From NCBI GenBank assembly GCA_965205605.1, contig CBDBHE010000005.1, positions 1 to 64,000 on the forward strand: a DNA stretch of 64,000 nucleotides, read 5' to 3'. The position numbers were made by a program, and so were the translations under genes. Positions 45,728-57,292 of the stretch are shown one piece after another. The first letter of the stretch is position 1. Every line of letters starts with the position of its first letter. Below the pieces are notes generated by a model. It did not search any database, was not told where the DNA came from, and saw nothing but the letters and a program-made list of their open reading frames with translations. The stretch is from Spirochaetota bacterium. Its GTDB lineage: Bacteria; Spirochaetota; UBA12135; COTS27; CBDBHE01.

Positions 45728-48427
45728 TCATACAAGATATTTTTCTTTTAGGACGGTTTGTAAAATGCCTCCATTGGCATAATAGTTAAGCTCAATTTGA
45801 GTATCTAACCTTACTAAAACGTCAAAAGAAATTTTTTTTTCGGATTTTTTTTGACAAGTCACTTGAATAAAACTAGCAGGTTTAATACTGGCAATCCCTT
45901 TTATAGAGTAGATTTCCGAGCCATCTAAATCTAAAGATTTTACATTTTGATCTTCTTTAAATTGAAGAGGCAAAACCCCCATTCCAACTAAATTATTTCT
46001 GTGAATTCTTTCATAGCTCTCTGCAATGACCGCTTTAACTTTTAAAAGTTTTGTTCCTTTTGCTGCCCAGTCTCTAGAACTTCCTGTTCCATATTCTTTT
46101 CCAGCGATGATGATAAGGGGCGTCTTTGTTTTTTGATATTTCTCAGAAGCATCGTAGATATGGATTTCTTTATCTTCTGGAAAATAAGGAGTGATTCCGC
46201 CTTCTTTATTTTTAAGCAGCTGATTTTTAATACGAATATTTGCAAAAGTACCTCGCATCATTACTTCGTGATTTCCTCTTCTAGATCCATAAGAGTTAAA
46301 GTCTTTAACTTTAATTCCTTTTTCTATCAAGTAACGACCTGCCGGATATTCAGATGAGATTGCCCCTGCTGGAGAAATATGATCGGTTGTCACGGAATCT
46401 GAAAACATTGCCAAAACTCTAGCTTCAATAACATCTTTTTTTTGATTTTCTCTTTCTTCTTCAAAAAAAGGAGGACATTGAATATACGTTGATTTTTTTT
46501 CCCATTGGTAAAGATTATTTTCAAATACTTGGAGGTTATTCCAAAAGGAATCTCCTTTTAGAGCTTTCTGATAACACTTTAAAAACAAGTTTGAAGAAAC
46601 CATTGTTGAAACGACTTTTTCAATTTCTTTTTTAGAAGGCCAAATATCTTTTAAATAAACAGGGTTGCCTTCATTATCAGTCCCTAGAGAATCTTTTTTA
46701 GGATCAAATAAAACTGTTCCAACAAGGGCATAAGCAACAACTAATAATGGAGAAGCCAAATAATTTGCTCTGATATGAGGGTTAATTCTTCCTTCAAAGT
46801 TTCGGTTGCCTGAAAGGACCGAAGCGACTACTAAATTTTCTTTTTCAATAACATCAATTACATTTTGACTAAGACTCCCACTATTGCCAATACAAGTTGT
46901 GCAACCATAACCTACGATATGAAATTTCAACATTTCCAAATACTTTAAAAGACCTGCTTGCTGAAGATATTCTGTGACCACTTGAGAACCAGGAGCAAGG
47001 CTTGTTTTAACATAAGGTTTAACATTCAGTCCTTTTTCTGTAGCTTTTTTGGCAATAAGAGCAGCTCCTATCATGACACTTGGATTTGAAGTATTGGTAC
47101 AAGAAGTAATGGCAGCTAAGACCACTGAACCATGTTTTAAAGTCACTTGATCCATTACTTTAATAGGAATTTCTTTAAGTAAATCTTCTTTTAAGATGCC
47201 AAAGCCACGATTAGAAGGAAGGCCTTCTAAATCTTTTTTAAAATTGGACTCCATTTCATCAAGTAAAACTCTATCTTGAGGTCTTTTTGGCCCTGCTAAA
47301 GAAGGTTTAATCATCTCTAAGTCAACTTCTAAAACATCTGAATATTCAGGATCAACGCTTTGGCTTTCTCTAAAAAGATTTTGAGATTTATAATATTTTT
47401 CAACTAAAACTCTTAAATTTTCGCTTCTACCTGTAAGCTTAAGGTAAGCAATTGTTTCTTTATCAACAGGAAAAAACCCCATTGTTGCCCCATATTCTGG
47501 AGCCATGTTGGCTATTGTAGCTCGATCTGTTACTTGTAAAAATTCTAACCCACTCCCAAAAAATTCAACAAATTTTCCAACAACTCCTTTTGCTCTAAGT
47601 TTCTCTGTAATCGTCAGTACCAAGTCTGTCGAAGTCACGCCTTCTTGCAAACTACCGACAAGCCTAACTCCAATCACATCTGGTAAAAGCATGTAATAAG
47701 CTTGCCCTAAAATAACTGCTTCTGCTTCAATACCACCAACTCCCCAGCCCATAACACCAATGCCATTAATCATCGTCGTATGCGAATCTGTACCAATTAG
47801 TGTATCGGGATATAAAATCATATTCCCATCTTCTTCTTTTTGTTGAACGACTTTTGCTAAATATTCTAAATTGACTTGATGAATAATCCCTACTCCAGGA
47901 GGAACAACTTTAAAATTTTCAAATGATTTTTGAGCCCATTTTAAGAGTGAATAACGCTCTTTATTTCGTTTGTATTCTAAATCAATATTTTTTTTAAAAG
48001 CTTGCTTATTTCCAAAAAAATCTACCTGAACAGAATGATCAATAACTAAAGCGGTTTCTACTAAAGGGTTAATTAATTTTGGGTCTTTTCCTAAAGAGTT
48101 TACCTTTTCTCTCATTGCCGCTAAGTCAACAACAGCAGGAACTCCTGTAAAATCTTGCATCACAACTCTTGAAGGTTTATAGGGAATTTCTTTTTTATCC
48201 ACATTTACAGGTTGCCAATTTAAAACATTTAAAACATCTTTTTCTGTAACAATTTTTTCATCTTGATGATGGAGCATGTTTTCCAAAAGAACCCTAATAG
48301 AAAAAGGTAGCTTTTTGATTTCAACTTTTATCTCTTCTTCTAATTTAGGAAGACTATAATATAAATATTTTTTGCCTGATAGTTCTAAAAATGATTTTGT
48401 TTTATTTTTCAAAGAATTGTTTTGCAT
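45728..48427 (-). CDS. acnA: aconitate hydratase A (start at ATG 48427 preferred)
   Basis: QDFTGVP, DHSVQVD, DSHT, AITSCTNTSNP, GCTTCIGNSG, SGNRNFEGR, TTDHISPAG, GSSRDWAAKG. Confidence 0.97.
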   Translation of the reverse strand: MQNNSLKNKTKSFLELSGKKYLYYSLPKLEEEIKVEIKKLPFSIRVLLENMLHHQDEKIVTEKDVLNVLNWQPVNVDKKEIPYKPSRVVMQDFTGVPAVVDLAAMREKVNSLGKDPKLINPLVETALVIDHSVQVDFFGNKQAFKKNIDLEYKRNKERYSLLKWAQKSFENFKVVPPGVGIIHQVNLEYLAKVVQQKEEDGNMILYPDTLIGTDSHTTMINGIGVMGWGVGGIEAEAVILGQAYYMLLPDVIGVRLVGSLQEGVTSTDLVLTITEKLRAKGVVGKFVEFFGSGLEFLQVTDRATIANMAPEYGATMGFFPVDKETIAYLKLTGRSENLRVLVEKYYKSQNLFRESQSVDPEYSDVLEVDLEMIKPSLAGPKRPQDRVLLDEMESNFKKDLEGLPSNRGFGILKEDLLKEIPIKVMDQVTLKHGSVVLAAITSCTNTSNPSVMIGAALIAKKATEKGLNVKPYVKTSLAPGSQVVTEYLQQAGLLKYLEMLKFHIVGYGCTTCIGNSGSLSQNVIDVIEKENLVVASVLSGNRNFEGRINPHIRANYLASPLLVVAYALVGTVLFDPKKDSLGTDNEGNPVYLKDIWPSKKEIEKVVSTMVSSNLFLKCYQKALKGDSFWNNLQVFENNLYQWEKKSTYIQCPPFFEEERENQKKDVIEARVLAMFSDSVTTDHISPAGAISSEYPAGRYLIEKGIKVKDFNSYGSRRGNHEVMMRGTFANIRIKNQLLKNKEGGITPYFPEDKEIHIYDASEKYQKTKTPLIIIAGKEYGTGSSRDWAAKGTKLLKVKAVIAESYERIHRNNLVGMGVLPLQFKEDQNVKSLDLDGSEIYSIKGIASIKPASFIQVTCQKKSEKKISFDVLVRLDTQIELNYYANGGILQTVLKEKYLV

Positions 48428-48491
48428 CGAAGTTTTTTTCTTTAAATATGAGAGGTTGTTTAATTTTAAGTTGATTTTAAGAAAATTACTA

Positions 48492-49289
48492 TCAAGAAGA
48501 AAAAGCAAAAGGACGAATAGGGATTTTTTTCAAAGAAAGAATTTTTTTGATTTCTTCTATAGAAATATTTTTCAAATGAGGAGAATACAAAATAGAACTA
48601 ATAATGGCTGCTGAAGCTTCTGTTTGAGTCAATACTTGTTCAATATGATTGATTGTTCCCGCTCCACCAGAAGCAATCACTGGAATATTAACTGCTTTAG
48701 CAATCTTTTTAGTAATTTCTAAATCATAACCTTGATGTGTGCCATCTTGATCGATGCTATTAACAACAATTTCTCCAGCCCCCAGTTCTTCTCCTTTTTT
48801 TGCCCATTCAACAGCATCCATTCCTGTAAAAACACGAGCTCCATCAATAGCGATTTCATAACCACTAGAGATCGTCTTAGTTTTCAATACTTTTTTTACT
48901 TGCATACTTAACACCATACATTGTTTACCAAAAGCCTTTGATCCTTCTGAGATAATTTTAGGATTTCTAACCGCCATAGAATCAATACTAATTTTTTCAG
49001 CACCTGCTTTTAAAACATCATACATATCTTCTAAAGATCTTATTCCTCCTCCTACGGTAAAAGGAACAAAAATATTTTGAGCAACTAATTTGACTGTTTT
49101 TAAATCTATTTTTCTTTTTTCACTACTGGCTGTAATGTCATAAAAAACAACTTCATCAATCCCTTGCTGATAAATTTTTTTTGCTAAAATTTGAGCATCT
49201 TCAATATCAATATTATTCAAAAATTTTTTAGCTTTCGTAACACGCCCTTCTCTAATGTCAAAGCAAGCAATGAGTCTTTTTGTTAGCAT
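48492..49289 (-). CDS. hisF: imidazole glycerol phosphate synthase cyclase subunit (start at ATG 49289 preferred)
   Basis: MLTKRLIACFD, DEVVFYDITAS, PFTVGGGI, GAGEI, SIDQDGT, IASGGAG. Confidence 0.92.
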   Translation of the reverse strand: MLTKRLIACFDIREGRVTKAKKFLNNIDIEDAQILAKKIYQQGIDEVVFYDITASSEKRKIDLKTVKLVAQNIFVPFTVGGGIRSLEDMYDVLKAGAEKISIDSMAVRNPKIISEGSKAFGKQCMVLSMQVKKVLKTKTISSGYEIAIDGARVFTGMDAVEWAKKGEELGAGEIVVNSIDQDGTHQGYDLEITKKIAKAVNIPVIASGGAGTINHIEQVLTQTEASAAIISSILYSPHLKNISIEEIKKILSLKKIPIRPFAFSS

Positions 49290-49296
49290 AATAAAT

Positions 49297-49908
49297 TTAA
49301 AGATTTGAGAAATTTTTAAGTATTTCAAGTCCTACTTCACTACTTTTTTCAAGATGAAACTGAGAAGCAAAAATATTATTAAAGTGAATCATCGAACAAA
49401 AATCAAGCCCATAAAAAGTCTTTGCTAATATCATCGAAGAATCTTCAGGCTCTACATAATAAGAATTAACAAAATAAAAATAACTTTCATTTTTAATATT
49501 AGAAATAATAGGAGAAGACTCTACAAAAGAAACTTTATTCCAACCAATTTGAGGAATACGCACCAATTCTTTTGGAAGTTGTTTAACCTTTCCCTTAACC
49601 CATCCCAAGCAATCAAAATCATCTTCTTCACTATGGTCAAATAAAATTTGAAGACCAACACAAATACCTAAAAAATAAATTTTTTCTTTTAAGACTTTTT
49701 CCGTAAGTATCCCTAGCAAATCATTCTCTAAAAGAGAATGAATCGTTTCTTTTGCTCTACCTACTCCAGGAAGAATAATTTTAGTTGCTTGAGAAAGCTC
49801 TTTTTTAGTAGCAATAATTTTAGAAGCGATTTTAAGGCTATCCAAAGCATATTTAACACTTTGAGGGTTTCCTGCACGATAGTTAATAATTGAGATCATG
49901 CCTCTCAA
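49297..49908 (-). CDS. hisH: imidazole glycerol phosphate synthase glutaminase subunit
   Basis: LPGVG, GICVGLQ, PQIGWN, YFVNSY, QFHLEKS. Confidence 0.92.
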   Translation of the reverse strand: MRGMISIINYRAGNPQSVKYALDSLKIASKIIATKKELSQATKIILPGVGRAKETIHSLLENDLLGILTEKVLKEKIYFLGICVGLQILFDHSEEDDFDCLGWVKGKVKQLPKELVRIPQIGWNKVSFVESSPIISNIKNESYFYFVNSYYVEPEDSSMILAKTFYGLDFCSMIHFNNIFASQFHLEKSSEVGLEILKNFSNL

Positions 49909-49913
49909 AAAAC

Positions 49914-50177
49914 TTAAACAAGCTCACCTAAATCCTCAGTTACAATAACTGCTTTATTGTTCTCAACGCTCAAAAGACCTCCTTTAATCAGGAAACTTTT
50001 TTCTTTTTTATTTTCAGCAAGAAAAAAAATAGACCCCGTTTTTAAAGTCACTACTATAGGAGTATGATTTGAAAGAATACCTAATTGTCCTTGTTCTCCT
50101 AAAACTTTAAGTGAATAAACCTTTTGTTTTAAAGGTTCTCCTAAAGGAGTCATAATTAAAAGAGAAAACGTGTTCAC
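49914..50177 (-). CDS. atpC: ATP synthase epsilon (short, beta-sandwich only)
   Basis: GQLGILSNHTP; follows atpD. Confidence 0.9.
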   Translation of the reverse strand: MNTFSLLIMTPLGEPLKQKVYSLKVLGEQGQLGILSNHTPIVVTLKTGSIFFLAENKKEKSFLIKGGLLSVENNKAVIVTEDLGELV

Positions 50178-50185
50178 TCAAAAAA

Positions 50186-51628
<1,443 letters not shown>

Positions 51629-51653
51629 TTACTTATTTATAAATATTTTTTGT

Positions 51654-52544
51654 TTAACCTTTTAACGCTTCTGCCCCTGATGTAATTTCAGTCAACTCAG
51701 TTGTAATCGAAGCCTGTCTCACTCTGTTTTTTTTAAGAGTATAACTTGCTATAAGCTCTTCTCCATTTTTAGTAGCACTGTCCATCGCGGTCATTCGAGA
51801 AGCATGCTCACTAACTTGAGAGTTTAAAAAAACATTGAAAATTTCAGATTTAAATAAATAACTCAAAATCGCTTCAAACACACTTGAAAAATTTTTTTCA
51901 TAAATCCAATTTTCTTGATCCATTTGTGTTGTTTCAAAATCTTTTAAAACCTTTTCTTTTATTTCAAAAGGCAATACTTTTTTAATCATTGGGCTTTGCT
52001 TAATAGTTGATTCAAACTTAGTGTAAGCAACATAAACCGCATCTGCTTTACCAGATGCAAAAAGATCTAAAAGCTCTTTAGCCACTTCACAGCAAGAATG
52101 GTAAGTGATACGATTAAGTAAAGAAGCATCGTGAATTTTAAAAAAACAATTTTCATAGTCTCTTAAATAATCTTTCCCTTTTTTCCCAAAAAAATGAATC
52201 TTAATTTCTTTATTTAAAAATTGATCCTTTTTCATTAATTCAATAACCTTCTTACAAACATTGATATTATAAGGGCCACACAAACCTCTTTCTGAAGTAA
52301 TAACAATCAAATGTATTTTTGATTGCTTGTTTTTACTAACAAAATAAGGATGTGATTTTAAATTAATTTTTTTAAGATGTTCTTTAAATAAAACATTTAA
52401 ATGATCATAATAAGAATAACTACTCAGTAAATCACTCTTGGCTTTAACGAGCTTATTAGTTGCAATGAGTTTCATTGTTTTAGTGATTTTGCTTGTGTTT
52501 TGAAGCGATTTTATTTTAGTATTAATTTCTTTTAAATTACTCAT
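51654..52544 (-). CDS. atpG: ATP synthase F1 gamma
   Basis: KITKTMK, SERGLCG, SEHASRMTAM, RQASITTELTEI. Confidence 0.96.
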   Translation of the reverse strand: MSNLKEINTKIKSLQNTSKITKTMKLIATNKLVKAKSDLLSSYSYYDHLNVLFKEHLKKINLKSHPYFVSKNKQSKIHLIVITSERGLCGPYNINVCKKVIELMKKDQFLNKEIKIHFFGKKGKDYLRDYENCFFKIHDASLLNRITYHSCCEVAKELLDLFASGKADAVYVAYTKFESTIKQSPMIKKVLPFEIKEKVLKDFETTQMDQENWIYEKNFSSVFEAILSYLFKSEIFNVFLNSQVSEHASRMTAMDSATKNGEELIASYTLKKNRVRQASITTELTEITSGAEALKG

Positions 52545-52562
52545 ATTGTGAAACCAAATAGT

Positions 52563-54071
52563 CTAAAAGATAGCTTTAAATATTTTAATAATCCTTTTAA
52601 GTTCTTTTAAAGTAGTCTCATCAAATTTTTTATCTTTTTTGATTTTTTTTAAAAAAGTACTGTGATTAACTTTAATATCTTCTAAAAATCTTTTTTCAAA
52701 ACCAAGGACTTTTGAAAGGCTAATGTCATCCACATAGCCATTCGAAGCACACCAAATAATGATTGATTGCTCAAAAATAGAAAGAGTACAATACTGCTTT
52801 TGCTTTAAAAGTTCCATCAAACGAGCACCTCTATTAAGCTGTCTTTTTGTTGAATCATCCAAATCACTTGAAAATTGAGAAAAAGCTTCCAATTCTCTAT
52901 ATTGTTGCAAGTCTCCTTTAATAGGGCCTGCAGCTTGTTTAATAAGCTTAATTTGAGCATCTCCCCCTACCCTAGATACAGAAAGCCCTACATCAATAGC
53001 TGGGCGTTGACCACTATTAAACAACTTAGTGTCTAAAAAAATTTGTCCATCTGTAATAGAAATAACATTGGTTGGAATATAAGCCGAAACATCTCCTTCT
53101 TGAGTTTCAATAATAGGAAGTGCTGTTAAAGACCCTCCCCCTTTTTCTTTGCTTAACTTTGCTGCTCTTTCAAGAAGTCTAGAATGAATGTAAAAAACAT
53201 CTCCTGGATACGCTTCTCTTCCAGGGGGCCTTCGTAAGAGTAAAGAGATTTCACGATAAGCTTGAGCTTGCTTAGTCAAATCATCATAAATGATTAAGGC
53301 ATGTTGCCCATTATCTCTAAAATATTCAGCCATAGAAACAGCCGAGTAAGCCACTAAAAACTGCAATGATGCCGATGCCGATGCCGATGCCACCACCACC
53401 GTTGTATAAGCAAGAGCTCCTTGTTCTTTAAGGTGTTCAACAATAGCAGCAATTGTAGATTGTTTTTGCCCAATAGCAACATAAAAACATTTAATATTTT
53501 GATCTTTTTGATTAATGATCGTATCGATAGCAATAGCAGTTTTTCCCGTTTGCCTATCTCCAATAATCAGCTCTCTTTGCCCTCTTCCAATAGGAATCAT
53601 CGAGTCGATTGCCTTAATGCCTGTTTGAAGAGGCTCATTAACATTTTGTCTATCAATGACTCCTGGGGCTTTAATTTCAATTTCTCGACTCTCTTTAGTA
53701 TTAAGCCTACCTAAACCATCTATAGGCTCACCTAAAGCATTCACAACTCTACCTAAAAGAGCTTCTCCTACAGGAACATTTGCAATTTTTTTTGTTCGCT
53801 TAACCTGATCCCCTTCTTTGACAAGACGCTCATCACCAATAATTGGAATCCCCACATTGTCTTCTTCTAAATTTAAAGCAATCCCCAAAACACCACTTTC
53901 AAACTCTACCATTTCACCAGCAGTCACATTGGAAATCCCATGAACACGTGCAATCCCATCAACTACTTGAAGGACAGTGCCTACTTCATACGTAGTGACT
54001 TTGCCATCAAAATTTTCTATTTCTTTTTTCAAAATACTAGAAATTTCTTCCATTCTCATTTTTTCTTCCAT
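52563..54071 (-). CDS. atpA: ATP synthase F1 alpha
   Basis: [31 protein letters not shown]. Confidence 0.98.
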   Translation of the reverse strand: MEEKMRMEEISSILKKEIENFDGKVTTYEVGTVLQVVDGIARVHGISNVTAGEMVEFESGVLGIALNLEEDNVGIPIIGDERLVKEGDQVKRTKKIANVPVGEALLGRVVNALGEPIDGLGRLNTKESREIEIKAPGVIDRQNVNEPLQTGIKAIDSMIPIGRGQRELIIGDRQTGKTAIAIDTIINQKDQNIKCFYVAIGQKQSTIAAIVEHLKEQGALAYTTVVVASASASASLQFLVAYSAVSMAEYFRDNGQHALIIYDDLTKQAQAYREISLLLRRPPGREAYPGDVFYIHSRLLERAAKLSKEKGGGSLTALPIIETQEGDVSAYIPTNVISITDGQIFLDTKLFNSGQRPAIDVGLSVSRVGGDAQIKLIKQAAGPIKGDLQQYRELEAFSQFSSDLDDSTKRQLNRGARLMELLKQKQYCTLSIFEQSIIIWCASNGYVDDISLSKVLGFEKRFLEDIKVNHSTFLKKIKKDKKFDETTLKELKRIIKIFKAIF

Positions 54072-54104
54072 AAAATTAACTCCTTAGAAAACCAAACAAT
54101 GGTG

Positions 54105-54647
54105 TTAACTAAGCCATTTCTCCTTAAAAGAGTCTAAAGAGGCTTTTAAACTACCATCAAAAAAACTATCGCCTATTTGAAGTGAAATCCCCCCAATAAG
54201 AGATAGATCCAATTTTTCTTTTAAATAAAAATTCTTTTCATAACGACTATCAAGTTTTTTTTTAAGAGATTTTTTAAAAACTTCTTTCAGTGGTATCGCC
54301 GAATAAACCGTTGCATAAGCGATATTTTTTTCACTTTCATCTAAGGAAATTAGCGTTTGAGCAATCATTTTTAAATAAGAAACTCTTTTTTTAAAAGCTA
54401 AAAAATTTAAAAAAAGTAAGGTTGTATCGCTGATATTTTTAGAAAATACTTTAGAAATTCCTTTTAATTTGCTTTTTTCATCTCTGATGACTTCTACTTC
54501 TAAAAGAAAGCGCAAATCATTAGATTGTTTAATCGTCTGCAAAATTAGTTTCATATCTGTAATTGTTCTTTTCAAAATATTTTTTTCCTTAGAAAAATTA
54601 AAAAATGATCTTGCATATCTACTAGCAATTTTTTTTAAAGACATCAT
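54105..54647 (-). CDS. atpH: ATP synthase delta
   Basis: IASRYARS, DLSLIGG...IGD..DGSL; operon position. Confidence 0.9.
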   Translation of the reverse strand: MMSLKKIASRYARSFFNFSKEKNILKRTITDMKLILQTIKQSNDLRFLLEVEVIRDEKSKLKGISKVFSKNISDTTLLFLNFLAFKKRVSYLKMIAQTLISLDESEKNIAYATVYSAIPLKEVFKKSLKKKLDSRYEKNFYLKEKLDLSLIGGISLQIGDSFFDGSLKASLDSFKEKWLS

Positions 54648-54656
54648 AAAAAAACC

Positions 54657-55289
54657 TTAAAAATGGTTTATTTCCTCAAGATACTTTTCAGCTAATTTAG
54701 CATCCGCATTTTGATCTATCTTTTCACCTAAAAGTTTAGAAGCAACTTTCAAACCTAGTTGTACTGATTCAGATTTAATATAATTTTTCACTTCATTTTT
54801 TTCTGCTTTTATAGAAAATTTTGCCTCTTTAATCATTTGGTCTACTTGGATTTTAGCTTTTTCTTTAATCTCATTAGCAATCTTTTCGGCATTTTTTTTA
54901 CTTTTATTAATTATTTCTTCTGCTTCTTTTTTTGCTTCTTTTAAAAGAATCTGATTTTTTTCAGTGATTTTCTCAGACTCTTTTTTAAGCCGATCTGCAT
55001 CTTTTAAAGATCGATCAATTTTTTCTTCTCTTTCCTTTAAAGATTTTAAGATCGGTTTCCAAGCAAACTTTGTAAGCAAAGCAAGCAACATAAAAAAAAC
55101 AACCCACGTCCAAATCACCATTCCAGGTTCGATTGATAAAAGCGGATCTTCTTTTTTTGACAAATGAGCACGATCATGGGTCGTTGATGCCAATCCTTGT
55201 TTTTCAACAGCAGATTTTGAAGTATTTAATACAACTAATTCATCAGCTTTGAAAAATGATTTTTGTATTGTTATAAACTTTTCTTCCAT
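54657..55289 (-). CDS. atpF: ATP synthase F0 subunit b
   Basis: PGMVIWT TM segment, KFAWKPILKSLKERE, coiled coil. Confidence 0.92.
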   Translation of the reverse strand: MEEKFITIQKSFFKADELVVLNTSKSAVEKQGLASTTHDRAHLSKKEDPLLSIEPGMVIWTWVVFFMLLALLTKFAWKPILKSLKEREEKIDRSLKDADRLKKESEKITEKNQILLKEAKKEAEEIINKSKKNAEKIANEIKEKAKIQVDQMIKEAKFSIKAEKNEVKNYIKSESVQLGLKVASKLLGEKIDQNADAKLAEKYLEEINHF

Positions 55290-55382
55290 AAAACATTCAC
55301 ATTATTTTTTGCTTTCTTATCCTTTAATTTTACTTTTAAGTTATTAACTATATTTCTTAGTTTTAAAAAATAAATAAAATAT

Positions 55383-55604
55383 CTAACCTAGTACAGCCAA
55401 TAAACAAATTACAGCACAGAAAAAAGCAACTCCTTCAATAAGAGCAGCTCCAATAATCATGGCTGTTTGAATCTTCCCACTCGCCTCTGGTTGACGTGAA
55501 ATTCCTTGCACAGCACTCTCAGCAATTTTACCAATACCAAGACCTGTCCCTATAACTACAATTCCGGCTCCTAAAGCAGCCATTCCTATTTTTAAATATT
55601 CCAT
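55383..55604 (-). CDS. atpE: ATP synthase F0 subunit c
   Basis: GxGxG, RQPE loop, ALIEG carboxylate. Confidence 0.95.
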   Translation of the reverse strand: MEYLKIGMAALGAGIVVIGTGLGIGKIAESAVQGISRQPEASGKIQTAMIIGAALIEGVAFFCAVICLLAVLG

Positions 55605-55650
55605 CTTATTTTATTCTCCTAAATATTTTTTTATTCTCTTTTTTTTAAAA

Positions 55651-56487
55651 TCAATGATTCGGATGTAACATCGATCCAAAAAACATCGCCGATAAAAGAG
55701 TAAAAACATACGCTTGTATAAACGCAACCAATAACTCAAGAATATAAATGAAAAGAGCCAAAAAAAGAGCTGGTAACGCAACATACCCTAAAATCATAAC
55801 CAAACCAATTAAAAATGAAATCACCATATGCCCCGCTAACATATTAGCAAAAAGCCGCATCATTAATGCAAAAGGTTTAACTAAAAGACCAATTAATTCT
55901 AAAAAAAATAGCATCGGAACAAATACAGAAGGAACCCCAGAAGGCACCAAACCTTTAATAAAGCCCACAAAACCATTTCGAAAAATGCCCCCGATAATCA
56001 TCATTGAAAAAGTAATCAGTGAAAAACCAACTGATGTGCCCAAGTTGGCCGTTGAAGTGGCAAAAAGTGGAATCAGTCCCATTAAGTTGGCAATTAAAAT
56101 AAAAAAGAAAAAATTAAGAAAAAAAGGTGCAAATCGTTCCCCATCTTTTTTTCCTAAATAATGGTAACAAATATCATTTCGAACAAATAAAACAAGTGAT
56201 TCTAAAAGATTCGTAACCCCTTTTGGAGCTTGGTCACTTCTTTTTCTATAGACAAAAACAAACATGAAAATACAAAACAATGCTGCCAAAATAAGCATAA
56301 AAGCATGTAGTCCCTTATCAAAAGTATAATTCCCTATCTTAAATATAGGAAAGGTTACCTCTCCTATATGAAAAGGAAGTGGATGCCATTTATTGCCATC
56401 TATAATATGCTTAAAAACATACTCTTGAATCTCTTTAGGGGTTGCTTTTGATAAAGGCAAGCTTACAAAATTGATTAAATCATTCAT
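55651..56487 (-). CDS. atpB: ATP synthase F0 subunit a
   Basis: NLMGLIP, KPFALMMRLFANMLAGH, ELLVAFIQAYVF. Confidence 0.95.
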   Translation of the reverse strand: MNDLINFVSLPLSKATPKEIQEYVFKHIIDGNKWHPLPFHIGEVTFPIFKIGNYTFDKGLHAFMLILAALFCIFMFVFVYRKRSDQAPKGVTNLLESLVLFVRNDICYHYLGKKDGERFAPFFLNFFFFILIANLMGLIPLFATSTANLGTSVGFSLITFSMMIIGGIFRNGFVGFIKGLVPSGVPSVFVPMLFFLELIGLLVKPFALMMRLFANMLAGHMVISFLIGLVMILGYVALPALFLALFIYILELLVAFIQAYVFTLLSAMFFGSMLHPNH

Positions 56488-56914
56488 TGAACTCTAAACC
56501 TTTTTTAACTTGTTTTTGATCCAAACGAAGGACTGAAATGATTTCAAAAAACCAAACACTTAAAAAAGCTCCTAGCATGACTAACGTATACTCTTTAAAG
56601 AATTCTTTCTTTAAAAAATAAACCACCATCATGGTTAAAAGCAAAAGAAAAATCCGAAATAACCCACACCCTAAAAACATTCCCATTAAAAAAAACAAAC
56701 CTTTTTCTTTAAATAAAGCAGACATGAAAAAAACAAAATAACTACTTAAACTCACTAAAAGCCACAATAAAAAAATTAGGGGAAAATTTAATACTTTAAA
56801 CTTTAAAAAAATAATCCAAAGAAAAATAAACAAAACCCCATAACTTACAAACAGTAAAATACTTTTTTTAAGTAAAAAAATAAAAAAATTATTTTGTTTT
56901 TCTATCTCTTTCAC
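56480..56914 (-). CDS. ATP synthase accessory membrane protein (AtpI-like)
   Basis: about 4 TM segments, directly upstream of atpB. Confidence 0.65.
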   Translation of the reverse strand: MKEIEKQNNFFIFLLKKSILLFVSYGVLFIFLWIIFLKFKVLNFPLIFLLWLLVSLSSYFVFFMSALFKEKGLFFLMGMFLGCGLFRIFLLLLTMMVVYFLKKEFFKEYTLVMLGAFLSVWFFEIISVLRLDQKQVKKGLEFNE

Positions 56915-57179
56915 TATCCAATTTATTAATTAAAAAAACCGTTTTAAAGATCTCGTAAAAACCCCAAAAAATCGCTAATAATACGCCGATAATTAAATAC
57001 AATCCTTTTTTTTCAAAGTGTCGATCCAATAGAAAACCTAAAAAAGAAAATAAAATAACACTCCCTATTAAATTAATTGGAAGGCTCATTAGTCTCGATT
57101 TTAATAAATGATTCTTATTGTCTTTGTCTTTGTCTTTGTCTTTGTTTTGAGAATCTTTATGTTTTTCACTATTTAACAT
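56889..57179 (-). CDS. AtpZ/AtpI (ATPase gene 1) family protein
   Basis: FLGFLLDRHF...IIGVLL; first gene of the atp operon. Confidence 0.75.
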   Translation of the reverse strand: MLNSEKHKDSQNKDKDKDKDNKNHLLKSRLMSLPINLIGSVILFSFLGFLLDRHFEKKGLYLIIGVLLAIFWGFYEIFKTVFLINKLDSERDRKTK

Positions 57180-57292
57180 TTACGTCGTAAGACTCCCAAT
57201 AAAAGCTTATTAAAACATTAATTAAACAATAAAACAATTCTTTTGGTAAAAAAACCCTACAAAAACAACTTCTTTTTTTTAAAATCAAAAAC

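Noticed and set aside
48428-49328. N-terminal extensions of AcnA and HisF in the ORF track (similarly ArgF at 23506 and FlaB at 40246)
   Set aside because: These are longest-ORF artefacts; downstream ATGs match family N-termini and avoid overlaps.
57118-57145. (ttgtct)n microsatellite giving KDKDKDKD in the AtpZ-like N-terminus
   Set aside because: It is a short in-frame repeat in a low-complexity tail with no evident functional implication.
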